Source of the DNA: an uncultured bacterium
GTDB lineage: Bacteria > Auribacterota > Erginobacteria > Erginobacterales > Erginobacteraceae
NCBI GenBank assembly: GCA_937885075.1
Contig: CAKZYZ010000354.1
Coordinates: 1-47,775, forward strand
Direction of reading: 5' to 3'
Length of the DNA stretch: 47,775 nucleotides
The position numbers and the translations under genes are program-made. Shown in pieces: positions 1 to 8,857 of this stretch. Position 1 is the first letter of the stretch; every line of letters begins with the position of its first letter. The notes beneath the pieces are model-generated. The model saw only the letters and a program-made list of their open reading frames with translations, made no database searches and had not been told where the DNA came from.

Positions 1-2
1 AG

Positions 3-845
3 ATGGAAGAAGCGCTCCAAAAGAGCGAGGTCCGTTACCGGGCGGTGGTGGAGGACCAGACTGAACTGATCTCCCGGTATTTACCGGATTTTACCTGCAC
101 CTTTGCCAATGAGGCTTACTGCCGCTATTTTGGATATGAGTGTGATAATCTGATAGGGCAGAGTCTGCGTGCCCTCTTCCCGGAAAAAGAACTCCCTCAT
201 CTGGAGAAGCAGTTGGCCGCGATGACTCCGGAATCTCCGGCCATGATTCATGAGCAGAAGATTATCGGCGCGCGGGGTGATCTCCGCTGGCAGCTCTGGA
301 GCAACCGGGCGATCTTTGATAAGAGAGGAAAGGTCATTGAATATCAGTCGGTAGCCCGGGATATCACTGAACGGCGAAAGGCGGAGGTGGCCTTAAAGAA
401 ATCCCGCCGAATCCTTAAGGAACAGAAGAAGGTTCTGGAACAGAAGAATGTGGCCCTCCGGGAGATTCTGGAGCAGATCGGTTTTGAGAAGAAACAGATC
501 AAGGACAATGTGATAAAAAATGTGGATGAACTGCTCATCCCCATCATCCGGAAGATGAAGACCAGAGCCACCGGCCAGATGACCGTATATGTCGAACTGC
601 TGGAGAAAAACCTGGAAGAACTGGCCTCAGCCTTCGGAAAGAAAATATCCCGGGCCGAATTAAAATTAACCCCGCGGGAGATTGAGGTCTGCTCCCTGAT
701 CAAGAACGGGCTTGCCAGCAAGGAGTTGGCGGAGATTCTTCACATCTCGGTCAAAACGATAGAGCGCCACCGGGAGAGTATCCGGAAGAAGTTCGACATT
801 CAGCATAAGCAGATTAATCTATTTACTTTTCTACAACAGTTATAA
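3..845 (+). CDS. PAS-domain / LuxR-type HTH transcriptional regulator (probably 5'-truncated at window edge)
   Basis: PAS/PAC-like segment (YRAVVEDQTELISRY...FANEAYCRYFG...VARDITERR), coiled coil, C-terminal LuxR HTH (LTPREIEVCSLIKNGLASKELAEILHISVKTIERHRESIRKK). Confidence 0.9.
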   Translation: MEEALQKSEVRYRAVVEDQTELISRYLPDFTCTFANEAYCRYFGYECDNLIGQSLRALFPEKELPHLEKQLAAMTPESPAMIHEQKIIGARGDLRWQLWSNRAIFDKRGKVIEYQSVARDITERRKAEVALKKSRRILKEQKKVLEQKNVALREILEQIGFEKKQIKDNVIKNVDELLIPIIRKMKTRATGQMTVYVELLEKNLEELASAFGKKISRAELKLTPREIEVCSLIKNGLASKELAEILHISVKTIERHRESIRKKFDIQHKQINLFTFLQQL

Positions 846-871
846 CCCAATTTATTCATAAATTGGGTTAT
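842..871. terminator. Perfect 14-bp inverted repeat overlapping the regulator stop codon (terminator or operator)
   Basis: ATAACCCAATTTAT-TC-ATAAATTGGGTTAT followed by a short T run; the 2-nt spacer would also suit a protein-binding dyad. Confidence 0.45.
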
Positions 872-1179
872 TTTAAAAAAATGCCGGAGGTGTCATCGCC
901 GGCAACAATATAATGTGTTGATAATGAGTTATTTTTTCCTATGAGTTATTGCCCGATAATTCGAGAGAGCGTTCCACTCTGCCGGATCTTTTCTAAATGG
1001 CGGCTTCCGAAACGTCCTCCGCCAAGCATAACTGCTAAATGAGCAGTTGAAAGGCAGCGCGGACTTTTGGAACTTTTCTGTTGATTCGCAAGTATTTATT
1101 ACTCAAGTTCTATCCAGTTTCGAAAGTCAGGGGAGTATTTAATTAAATAGAATCGTGGCAAAAATTGGAGAAGAAAGTT

Positions 1180-2559
1180 ATGGCTTCATTGGAAAAATTA
1201 GCGTTAATGCTTCAGCGGGCTAAAGACGGTAAACCCTGTACTCTTAGAGAATGGGAGATAGTGGTTTTACCTCAATCGGTAAAAAAGATCCTTAAAAAGT
1301 TTGATTTAGAGCAGACCTTTAATAAAGACGAACCGGTCAACCAGGATATGGAACTGGCCGACCGGTTTTTTCAGGCCGGACTGGAATTAGCAACAGAGAT
1401 CGGTCTGATGTGTCCCGATACCGAATCCACCATCCAGCTCAGCCGGGAGGAGATCCTGGAAGGGGTGGAAGCCGCCCCCGATCACCTGACCCTCGGGGAA
1501 GGCAACGATCGGATCACCATCCATGCTCGCCGGATCGAGGATCCGATCCCGCCGGTTCTGGGAGGGCCTCTGGCCATCCAGGTTTCGGAAGAACTCTATG
1601 TCCCGATTGCCGCCGGTATTTTGAAGAGCCGGAAGGTCCGGGTCCAGCAAGGTCCGTCGATTGACCGGGTCTTTGATCTCCCCGTTTATTCCGGCACTCC
1701 CTTTGAGACCATCGTCGCCTTCCGGGAGAACCGTCTCCGGGAAGAAGCCCAGTGGCGGGCCGGTCGTCCCGGGATCCCCAACATCACGATCGCTTCCAGC
1801 ACCACCGAGTTCGGCAATCTGGGCGGTTTCGCCGGATCGACCCGGCCTGACAATCCGGCCATAGCGGTTATCCTCCACCCGGCCGAGCTGAAGATCTGTT
1901 ACGCCAGTTTTCACAAGGCCGCCGCGGCGATCGGATACGGGGGCTACATCTTCTCCGGCACTAACTCGATGATCGGCGGTTACACCGGAGGAGCTGAAGG
2001 CGCGACCGTGGGAAATATCGCGACCGTGTTGCTCCAGTTCCCGGTCATGCAGGCGGATATGTCGAACTCGTCACTCTATGATGTTCGGATGGACTCGGTC
2101 TGCGGGAGGCATGGCCTCTGGGCGCTGAGCATGGCCAATCAGGCGATCAGCAACAATACTCACCTCCTTGACCACAAAGTCATCAATCAGTCCGCCGGTC
2201 CCTGCACCGAGGAGATCCTCTATACCACCGCGGCCGGCCTGATCGCGTCCGGGGTATCCGGGATGGAATTCAACCTCGGTCCCCGCTCCGCCGGGGGACG
2301 GTTCAAGAATTACCTCTCCCCGTTGGAGCACTGGTTCTCGGGTGAGGTCTTTGAAGCCAGCGCCAAACTATCCTTATCCCAGGCCAACGAATTGATCCTT
2401 TATCTGCTCAGTAAATATGAGGATACCCTGAAAGATCCTCCGAAAGGCCAGAGCTTTACCGAGTGCTTTGACATAAAAACTCTGACCCCGACCAAGGAAT
2501 GGCAGAAAATTTATGACCGGGTTAAAGATGACCTGACGGCGCACGGGATGGAGTTTTAG
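1180..2559 (+). CDS. mtmB: Monomethylamine:corrinoid methyltransferase MtmB-family protein, no in-frame amber codon
   Basis: Resembles recalled MtmB motifs along its whole length (RAKDGKPC, GGP, AGRPG, ELKI, GGYTGGAE, AGPCTE, PPKGQSFTECFDIKTLTPT). ATG 1180 with GGAG at 1167-1170 preferred over TTG 1165. Confidence 0.85.
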   Translation: MASLEKLALMLQRAKDGKPCTLREWEIVVLPQSVKKILKKFDLEQTFNKDEPVNQDMELADRFFQAGLELATEIGLMCPDTESTIQLSREEILEGVEAAPDHLTLGEGNDRITIHARRIEDPIPPVLGGPLAIQVSEELYVPIAAGILKSRKVRVQQGPSIDRVFDLPVYSGTPFETIVAFRENRLREEAQWRAGRPGIPNITIASSTTEFGNLGGFAGSTRPDNPAIAVILHPAELKICYASFHKAAAAIGYGGYIFSGTNSMIGGYTGGAEGATVGNIATVLLQFPVMQADMSNSSLYDVRMDSVCGRHGLWALSMANQAISNNTHLLDHKVINQSAGPCTEEILYTTAAGLIASGVSGMEFNLGPRSAGGRFKNYLSPLEHWFSGEVFEASAKLSLSQANELILYLLSKYEDTLKDPPKGQSFTECFDIKTLTPTKEWQKIYDRVKDDLTAHGMEF

Positions 2560-2579
2560 TCCCGCCGATGGCGGGACTA
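2557..2579 (+). terminator. GC-rich hairpin at the mtmB stop
   Basis: TAGTCCCGCC-GAT-GGCGGGACTA; no long U tract, so it may be a REP-like stem instead. Confidence 0.4.
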
Positions 2580-2608
2580 ACGTTGAAAAATAAGAACGTT
2601 GAAAAGGG

Positions 2609-2842
2609 AGGGATCGGTAATCAGTAATCAGTGATCGGTGATCAGTCAACCGGGTGGCCGAGTGTTCTTTTCCTGACAACCGATTACCGCTTACCGATTA
2701 CTATCCTTTTAAAGGGGCCGAGGTAGGGGGATCAATCGGTGTTAATCCGTGTAATCCGTGGACAGAAAAGGGGGGGAGGTAGAGGGAAGCAATTAGTGCA
2801 AATTGGTGTAATTAGTGGACAGCAAAGCCGCCAAGCCAAGGT
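2609..2842 (+). repeat. Composite ~235-bp intergenic repeat, copy 1 (7-mer hairpin + GCCGAGG linker + two 9-mer modules)
   Basis: Near-identical colinear copy at 14719-14954; partial copies at 13311-13430 and 11950-12061. Confidence 0.9.
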
Positions 2843-2858
2843 TGAAGGAGCAGGACCA

Positions 2859-5150
2859 ATGAACAAAACCAGCGGATACAAGTATGTCGGAAAACCTGTT
2901 CTCCGGATTGATGTTCGGGAGAAGGTGACCGGCCAGACCAAATATTCTACCGATCTTTACTTTAAAGATATGCTTCGGGCGAAAGTTCTCAGAAGCCGCT
3001 ACCCCCACGCGAAGATTCTTAAGCTGGACGTGGAGAAAGCGAGGCGCCTTCCCGGGGTAGAGGCGGTTCTCACCCATGAAGACGTTCCCGGTCATAACGG
3101 CTTTGGAATTATCGAACCCAACTGGCCGGTCCTCTGTTCCGACCGGGTCCGTTACCGGGGGGACGCGATCGCTCTGGTGGCGGCGGTAGATGAGCGGACC
3201 GCCGAAGAAGCTCTCTCCCTGATCGAGGTGGAGTATGAACCGCTGGAAATTATCGATACCCCGGAGGAGGCTCTCCGTGAGAATGCTCCCCTGATTCATG
3301 AGGATGGGAATATCCTCCATACCATGGAGTTGAGCAAGGGAGACGCGGAGACGGGATTCGAAGAATCGGAGATTATCCATGAGAAGACTTATAATACCCA
3401 GTTCATGGAACACGCCTATATTGAGACCGAGGGTGGGGTAGCAATCTATAATGAAGATGACGGCGTTATCACCATCTGGTGCGGCAGCCAGTATGTTTTT
3501 CGCGATCAGCTCCAGGTAGCCCGCAGCCTTGACTGGGACCCCGAGAAGATCAGGGTTATTGGTTCTCCGGTCGGGGGTGCCTTCGGGGGGAAGGATGAGA
3601 TCAGCACCCAGATTCATACCGCGCTGCTGGCGCTCCATACAAAAAAACCGGTCCGTCTTCACTGGACCCGGGAAGAATCGATCGTGGTTGGTCCCAAGCG
3701 CCACGCGTTTAAGACTGATTTCAAGATTGGAATGAACAAAGCCGGCCATTTCCAAGTCATTGATCTATCTCTGGAAGCCAATGGTGGGCCCTACGATACC
3801 ATCAGTGGTCCGGTTCTCAATGTAGCGGTGGAAGTAGGGTCAGGTCCCTATCGGTATTCAAATTCACATATCAAGGGGGTGACAGTCTATACCAACAATA
3901 CGGTAGGAGGTGAATTTCGTGGATTTGGCGGTCCTCAGACTTCATTCGGTATGGAGCAGGAGATTGACCGGCTGGCCGAAGAGATCAAGATGGATCCGAT
4001 CGAATTTCGGCTCCATAACGCGGTGGAGAAAGGAGATATCTCTGTTATCGATCATGAATTAAAGACCAGTACCGGCACCAAAGCGACCCTGCGGGCCGCC
4101 CGGGATACCGACCTCTGGCGGAACCGGGAGAAGATCAAGCGTGATCTCGGGGAAAAGTATCCGGACTGCCAATTTGGTGTCGGGGTAGCGACGATCATGG
4201 TTCCGGTTGGACTGGGGGTTGGTATCCCCGACTTCGCCAATGTGGTAATTGAAATCGGTGAAGAAGGGAGCGTAACTCTACGGACCGGAGCGATTGAGAT
4301 CGGCCAAGGAAACCTGACCGCCTACGCCCAGATGCTGGCTGAATCGCTGGAGTGCGATATCGAAAAGATTGAAGTGATTCATGGAGATACATTTCTTACT
4401 CCTGATTCGGGGTCGGTCACCGCTTCTCGTTCAATTATGATGGTTGGGAACGCTATCCTTAACGGGGTGAAACAATTGATCCCCCGGTTGATATCCCTTG
4501 GCGCGGATCTCCTGGAAGTCCCGGAGGAAGAAGCGGAGTATGGCGGTGGCCGGGTCTCTCTGAAGAAAGATCCCGGCCGGGCGGTCACTATCGCCCAACT
4601 GGCTGATGCCGCGCTCCGGCGAAAAGATCCCTTGAAGGTTACCGGGACCTCTAATATGCCGGAATCGGATAAGGATTTTGGCGATGGCCTTCCCCATATC
4701 TGTTATACCTATAATACTCAGTTGGCCCTGGTAGGGGTTGATATGGGGACCGGTGAAGTTGAAGTTAGAAATACCATCTCACTCCCGCAGTTGGGAAGGG
4801 CGATAAACTCGGCCGGGGTGGAAGGGCAGTGTGAAGGTGCTACAGTAATGGGACAGGGGTACGCTCTTTACGAAGACGTAATAGTTAAAGAAGGGGAATT
4901 TAAAAATACCGGATTCTCCACCTATATTATCCCCACCTCTCTCGATGCTACCGATCATGAGACAGTGGTCGTTGACCTACCGGAGCTCGAAGGACCCTTC
5001 GGTGCCAAGGGGATCGGAGAAGCCTCCACCTGCACCATCGCCCCGGCCATCGCCAACGCCATCTATGACGCGGTAGGGATCCGATTCGATTCCCTGCCGA
5101 TTACCCCGGAGAAGGTTTGGAAAAAGATTAGGTTGGGCAGTGGGGAGTAG
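2859..5150 (+). CDS. Xanthine dehydrogenase/aldehyde oxidase family molybdopterin-binding subunit
   Basis: KVTG...Y, HAKI, GGAFGGK, FRGFGGPQ, EIGQG, GQCEG...GQGYAL, GAKGIGE motifs. ATG 2859 preceded by AAGGAG; the upstream ORF extension to 2739 lies inside the repeat. Confidence 0.93.
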   Translation: MNKTSGYKYVGKPVLRIDVREKVTGQTKYSTDLYFKDMLRAKVLRSRYPHAKILKLDVEKARRLPGVEAVLTHEDVPGHNGFGIIEPNWPVLCSDRVRYRGDAIALVAAVDERTAEEALSLIEVEYEPLEIIDTPEEALRENAPLIHEDGNILHTMELSKGDAETGFEESEIIHEKTYNTQFMEHAYIETEGGVAIYNEDDGVITIWCGSQYVFRDQLQVARSLDWDPEKIRVIGSPVGGAFGGKDEISTQIHTALLALHTKKPVRLHWTREESIVVGPKRHAFKTDFKIGMNKAGHFQVIDLSLEANGGPYDTISGPVLNVAVEVGSGPYRYSNSHIKGVTVYTNNTVGGEFRGFGGPQTSFGMEQEIDRLAEEIKMDPIEFRLHNAVEKGDISVIDHELKTSTGTKATLRAARDTDLWRNREKIKRDLGEKYPDCQFGVGVATIMVPVGLGVGIPDFANVVIEIGEEGSVTLRTGAIEIGQGNLTAYAQMLAESLECDIEKIEVIHGDTFLTPDSGSVTASRSIMMVGNAILNGVKQLIPRLISLGADLLEVPEEEAEYGGGRVSLKKDPGRAVTIAQLADAALRRKDPLKVTGTSNMPESDKDFGDGLPHICYTYNTQLALVGVDMGTGEVEVRNTISLPQLGRAINSAGVEGQCEGATVMGQGYALYEDVIVKEGEFKNTGFSTYIIPTSLDATDHETVVVDLPELEGPFGAKGIGEASTCTIAPAIANAIYDAVGIRFDSLPITPEKVWKKIRLGSGE

Positions 5151-5302
5151 GCAGTGGGCAGTGGACCGGCCCTGTAGCCGCGGTCGCTGACCGCGGATGG
5201 GGGAATGGGGAGTGGGCAGAGGTAGAAGCAGGGATGAGGAGGTAGGAGCAGGGAATGGCAGGGACTGAACGTCGAACTTCGAATGCCGAACTTCGAACGT
5301 CG
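5134..5302 (+). repeat. Repeat cluster at gene end: GGCAGTG 7-mers, a GTAG-type REP hairpin, TCGAAC 7-mers
   Basis: GGGCAGTGGGGAGTAGGCAGTGGGCAGTGG overlaps the stop; GTAG-CCGCGGTC-GCT-GACCGCGG near 5174; GAGGTAGAAGCAGGGA recurs near 13011; TCGAAC runs recur near 11890 and 41360. Confidence 0.7.
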
Positions 5303-5464
5303 CATAGCTTGCAGCGCCTCGCAAAATGTCTTCGGCACCGCAGGGTAAACCCCGTAAAATGATTTCGTCACCTCGTGGTAAAAATTCGTAGTTCTTTTTT
5401 ATTTAGCGAAGATTCGCGGTTTAATCACTTACAAAACTAAGTTATGGGAGGAGTATAATAACTC

Positions 5465-5779
5465 ATGGCTAAAGCGGAGATCAAACCAGGGATCTGTGGT
5501 TTTACCACCACGGTAGAGGTGTGTAAGACCGGGGTTCGTTCCTGTTCACTGACGGTTAAAAGCGACTGTTCCCACATCCGGGAACTGGCCTCGAAACTGA
5601 CCGAACTTGACCCCTTCCGGGAGATTGCATTTCGCGGGGAAGGGCCACTGGTCTTCCGGGAGGCAGCAAGAACTCTTCCTCATCCCGCCTGTCCGGTTCC
5701 GATCGGGATCATCAAAGCGATCGAGGTGGAAGCCGGTCTGGCCCTCCCCCGGGATGTGGAGATAAGGTTGAGCAAGTAA
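5465..5779 (+). CDS. Small conserved Cys-containing protein (DUF6951-like)
   Basis: PGICGF...SDC...HPACPVP...IEVEAGLALP pattern; GGGAGGAG RBS upstream. Confidence 0.7.
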   Translation: MAKAEIKPGICGFTTTVEVCKTGVRSCSLTVKSDCSHIRELASKLTELDPFREIAFRGEGPLVFREAARTLPHPACPVPIGIIKAIEVEAGLALPRDVEIRLSK

Positions 5780-6074
5780 AGAATGAATAAATACTCTTAC
5801 GATTGCTTGGCGGCGGTTGAAAAAGAAAACGCGCTTGAATAAAAAGCGGTACTACCCCGGTAGTGCCGCTTTTCTGATACTCCCCCATATTGTTCTATTA
5901 TCCCCGCCTCTTCCCATGTTATAATTCGCTCCAGAGGATAAAAATTTAGCGCCTTCGGCGCTAACGTTAAAAAATAAAGCCGTTGAAGAATAAGAACGTT
6001 GAAGAAAAAAAACGTTAAACGCCCAGCAAAATGCGGAGCGGCTACCATCATCACGAAATTTATGGAGATAATAA

Positions 6075-8566
6075 ATGACTCTTCAGTACCTTGGACAAAA
6101 TCTTTCCCGGCCTGACGCGTTTGACAAAATAACCGGGGCGGCCACTTATCTTGATGATATCCGCCTTCCCGGTCTTCTTCATATGGCGGTTCTCCTCCCT
6201 GAAGACGCGCACGCGATAATCCGTTCAATCGATGTAACCGAGGCTGAAAGGTCTCCGGGGGTAGTACAGGTGGTTATCGGACGTGATTGCCCATCCCGTC
6301 ATGGGATCGATTTTCGGGACCGGCGGCCGCTGGCGGTCGATCGGGTTCGCCACGTCGGTGAACCGGTGGCGGCGGTTATCGCTGAAGATGTCCGTCAGGC
6401 CCGTCTCGCCGTCCATAAGATCCGGGTTGAGTATGAGCAGTTACCGGTTTACACCGATGGACGCGCGGCCATGGCGGGTGGAGCTATCTTGATTCATCCG
6501 GAGACCGACCCGGAAGAGTATCCCGCCAGCTGGAATCATCTTCCCGGGACCAATATTGTCAATCATCAGGTACTGAAGAAGGGGAACCTCGATCAGGGGG
6601 TTGCCGATTCCGATATTACTGTCGAAGGTGAATTTAATTATCCGTTTTCCGTCCCCGGAGCGATTGAACCGCATGGAGCGATTGTCTGGTTTAAAGGGAA
6701 TGGGATAATTGAGGCGTGGCTCTCCTGTATCCGTCCCTTCATGGTAAGAAAAATGCTGGCTGAGATTTACCATCGGCCGGTAAGCTCCGTCCGGGTACAC
6801 GTCCCGGAGGTGGGAGGATGTTTCGGGGATAAATCCGGAACTCACTTTGTCTTTACGGTGGCCGCGGCGGCCAGCCGTATCCCCGGCCGGCCGGTTAAAT
6901 GGTTTGCTACCCGCAAAGAATCTTTTCTCTGCGGTTCGATCGGAAATGGGATCAGAACTCGTCTGAAGATCGGCGCTGATTCCAGAGGAAATCTCACCTT
7001 CTTTAAAGGAGTCGTCCATCACTCGGTAGGGGCATATTCTGACATAGGGAGCGGTGTGATGACAGCCGCCCTGGCGAATATCACGGGCCCGTATGAGGTT
7101 CCCAATTACCAACTGGAAGGATCTTGTGTCTATACCAATACGCCCCCGGTCGGGGCACTCCGCGGCTTCGGCAACCAGTCGGCCTTTTTCGCCACGGAAA
7201 GGCTGATGGATATGCTGGCAAAAAAATTGAAGATGAATCCGGTCCGCTTGCGGGAGATAAATCTTCCGCGAGCCGGTCAGGGGAATCATCCCGGTGACCT
7301 GGGGGATGTTGGTGGATGTGTAAGTATCGTTGCCGAGAAACTTTATCCCCGACCCAAGCCGGTTGAGGATGAATTGTATTTTTACGGGCGCGGTTTTTCC
7401 GTTCTTAGAAAAACCCCCGGTCCGACCGGATTCTACGGCCGGAGCTGTTATCTGAAATTCAATGGAGATGGATCCGTAACTTTAAATTTCGGAACAGTGG
7501 ATATGGGAGGGGGGCATCGCAATGCCATGCGCCAGATCGCGGCGGAAACGCTGCGGATCTCTCCGGAGAGGATTACGGTCTCCTCCGATATCGATACCCA
7601 GACATCTCCCTGGGAGTGGCAGACAGTGGGCTCGCTTTCGGTTTTACTCTGCGGGCAGGCGGTGGTCGAGGCCGCCGGGAAGGCGATTGAACTATTGAAA
7701 GAGACCGCCGCCCGGGTTCTTGGATGTCCATCGGGCCAGCTTAGCTAGACCTTACTCGAAAAGCCTTTTAAACCACGAAGAACACGAAGTTCACGAAGGA
7801 ATTTGAAGAAACAAAGGAAAATTCCATAGTTTTCTTTGTTTTTCTTCGTGTTCTTCGTGACCTTCGTGGTGAATATTTAGTTTTTTAGCACAGAATGTTA
7901 AAAATACCTTTTCGAGTACGGCCTAGCTACGATGGTGAACAGGTCTTCAAAACGTCCGATCCCGCGGTTCGGGTTCCAGTCGCCGGTCTGGCGCACGGTT
8001 TTCGCGATGAGTCGGGAAGGACGATCGGTGGTGAGATCCAGACCACATCAAATGTACATCTGGATAACCGGTTCCTCCCCGGTCGGGACGGAGGAGGACA
8101 GTTTGAATCAGTCTTTATCTATGGCGCCCAGGGGTGTGAACTGCGGATCCATAAGGAGACCGGGCGCGTAATCATCGATCACTTTATCTCGTCTTTTGAT
8201 GTGGGCCGGGTTATCAATCCCCAACAGATCCGGGGGCAGGTAACCGGCGGCGTGATGATGGCGCTTGGCGCGGCGTTGAACGAAGAACTGAAATTTGATC
8301 GACTGGGAAGACCCCTCAATCCATCCTTCGGCCGGTATCGCTTGCCGACTATCTCCGACGCGCCGCTCAGGCAGACGATTGAGTTTGTGGAGACCCCGTT
8401 AGAGATCGGCCCTTTCGGAGCCCGTCCGATCGGAGAGGGGACGGTGGTGGGAGTAACCCCGGCGATTCTGAACGCTATCGCCGACGCGACCGGAATCCAG
8501 TTCTACGATCTCCCGGTCACCCCCGACCGGATCAAGGCGGCCTTGAAAAATGCATCGGGATTTTGA
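6075..8566 (+). pseudogene. Second xanthine dehydrogenase family Mo subunit, interrupted by a MITE
   Basis: ORFs 6075-7748 (GGCFGDK, LRGFGNQ) and 7895-8566 (DVGRVINP, GQVTGG, GARPIGE) join in frame (..GQLS-YDGEQV..) when 7748-7929 (182 bp) is removed, giving 769 aa. Confidence 0.9.
7748..7923. mobile_element. 176-bp MITE-like insertion
   Basis: 16-bp TIRs GACCTTACTCGAAAAG / CTTTTCGAGTACGGCC (2 mismatches); TAGCTA duplicated at 7742-7747 and 7924-7929; internal 9-mer periodic hairpin CCACGAAGAACACGAAGTTCACGAAG...CTTCGTGTTCTTCGTGACCTTCGTGG. Confidence 0.9.
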
Positions 8567-8772
8567 TTTAAGATGGTTTTGGATCATGGCATCGCCTTTG
8601 TTGCCCATTAAGAATAGGCAATAAATGGGCAGAATTATATGATTGTCATCAATATATTTATGTGAGAAAATATTTAATCTAGTACTACGCTCCCGCGTGG
8701 TAATGTTTAGCCGTATGTCCCTGTTTTGTAATTTTTCCGAGAACCATCCGGATCCCGATTTATTCAAAACAT

Positions 8773-8820
8773 AATAATTTTTACAAAGTAAAAATTATTG
8801 TCCCGGTTGAATCAACCGGG
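8773..8820. promoter_or_regulatory. Two adjacent perfect palindromes upstream of the amidohydrolase-ABC operon (candidate operators)
   Basis: AATAATTTTTAC-AAA-GTAAAAATTATT (8773-8799) and CCCGGTTGA-A-TCAACCGGG (8802-8820) in an AT-rich intergenic region. Confidence 0.4.
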
Positions 8821-8857
8821 GCCGGATAAAGTAGCGAACGAAGGAGCTAATTTATAA

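Noticed and set aside
950-1140. Riboswitch (purine, Moco or cobalamin) upstream of mtmB, or at 5300-5400 and 13500-13690
   Set aside because: Small stems are present but I could not match any consensus core by eye; an Rfam cmscan would be needed.
2739-2858. N-terminal extension of the first xdh ORF (also 13582-13698, 25563-25589 and 29228-29266 for other genes)
   Set aside because: Extensions run through repeat or intergenic DNA; downstream ATGs fit the family N-termini and, for 2859 and 13699, have clear RBSs.
7746-7748. Pyrrolysine read-through of the TAG in the second xdh gene, given the nearby mtmB
   Set aside because: The TAG is created by the MITE junction, the downstream half is in a different frame (182-bp insert), and no pyl genes or tRNA-Pyl are visible.
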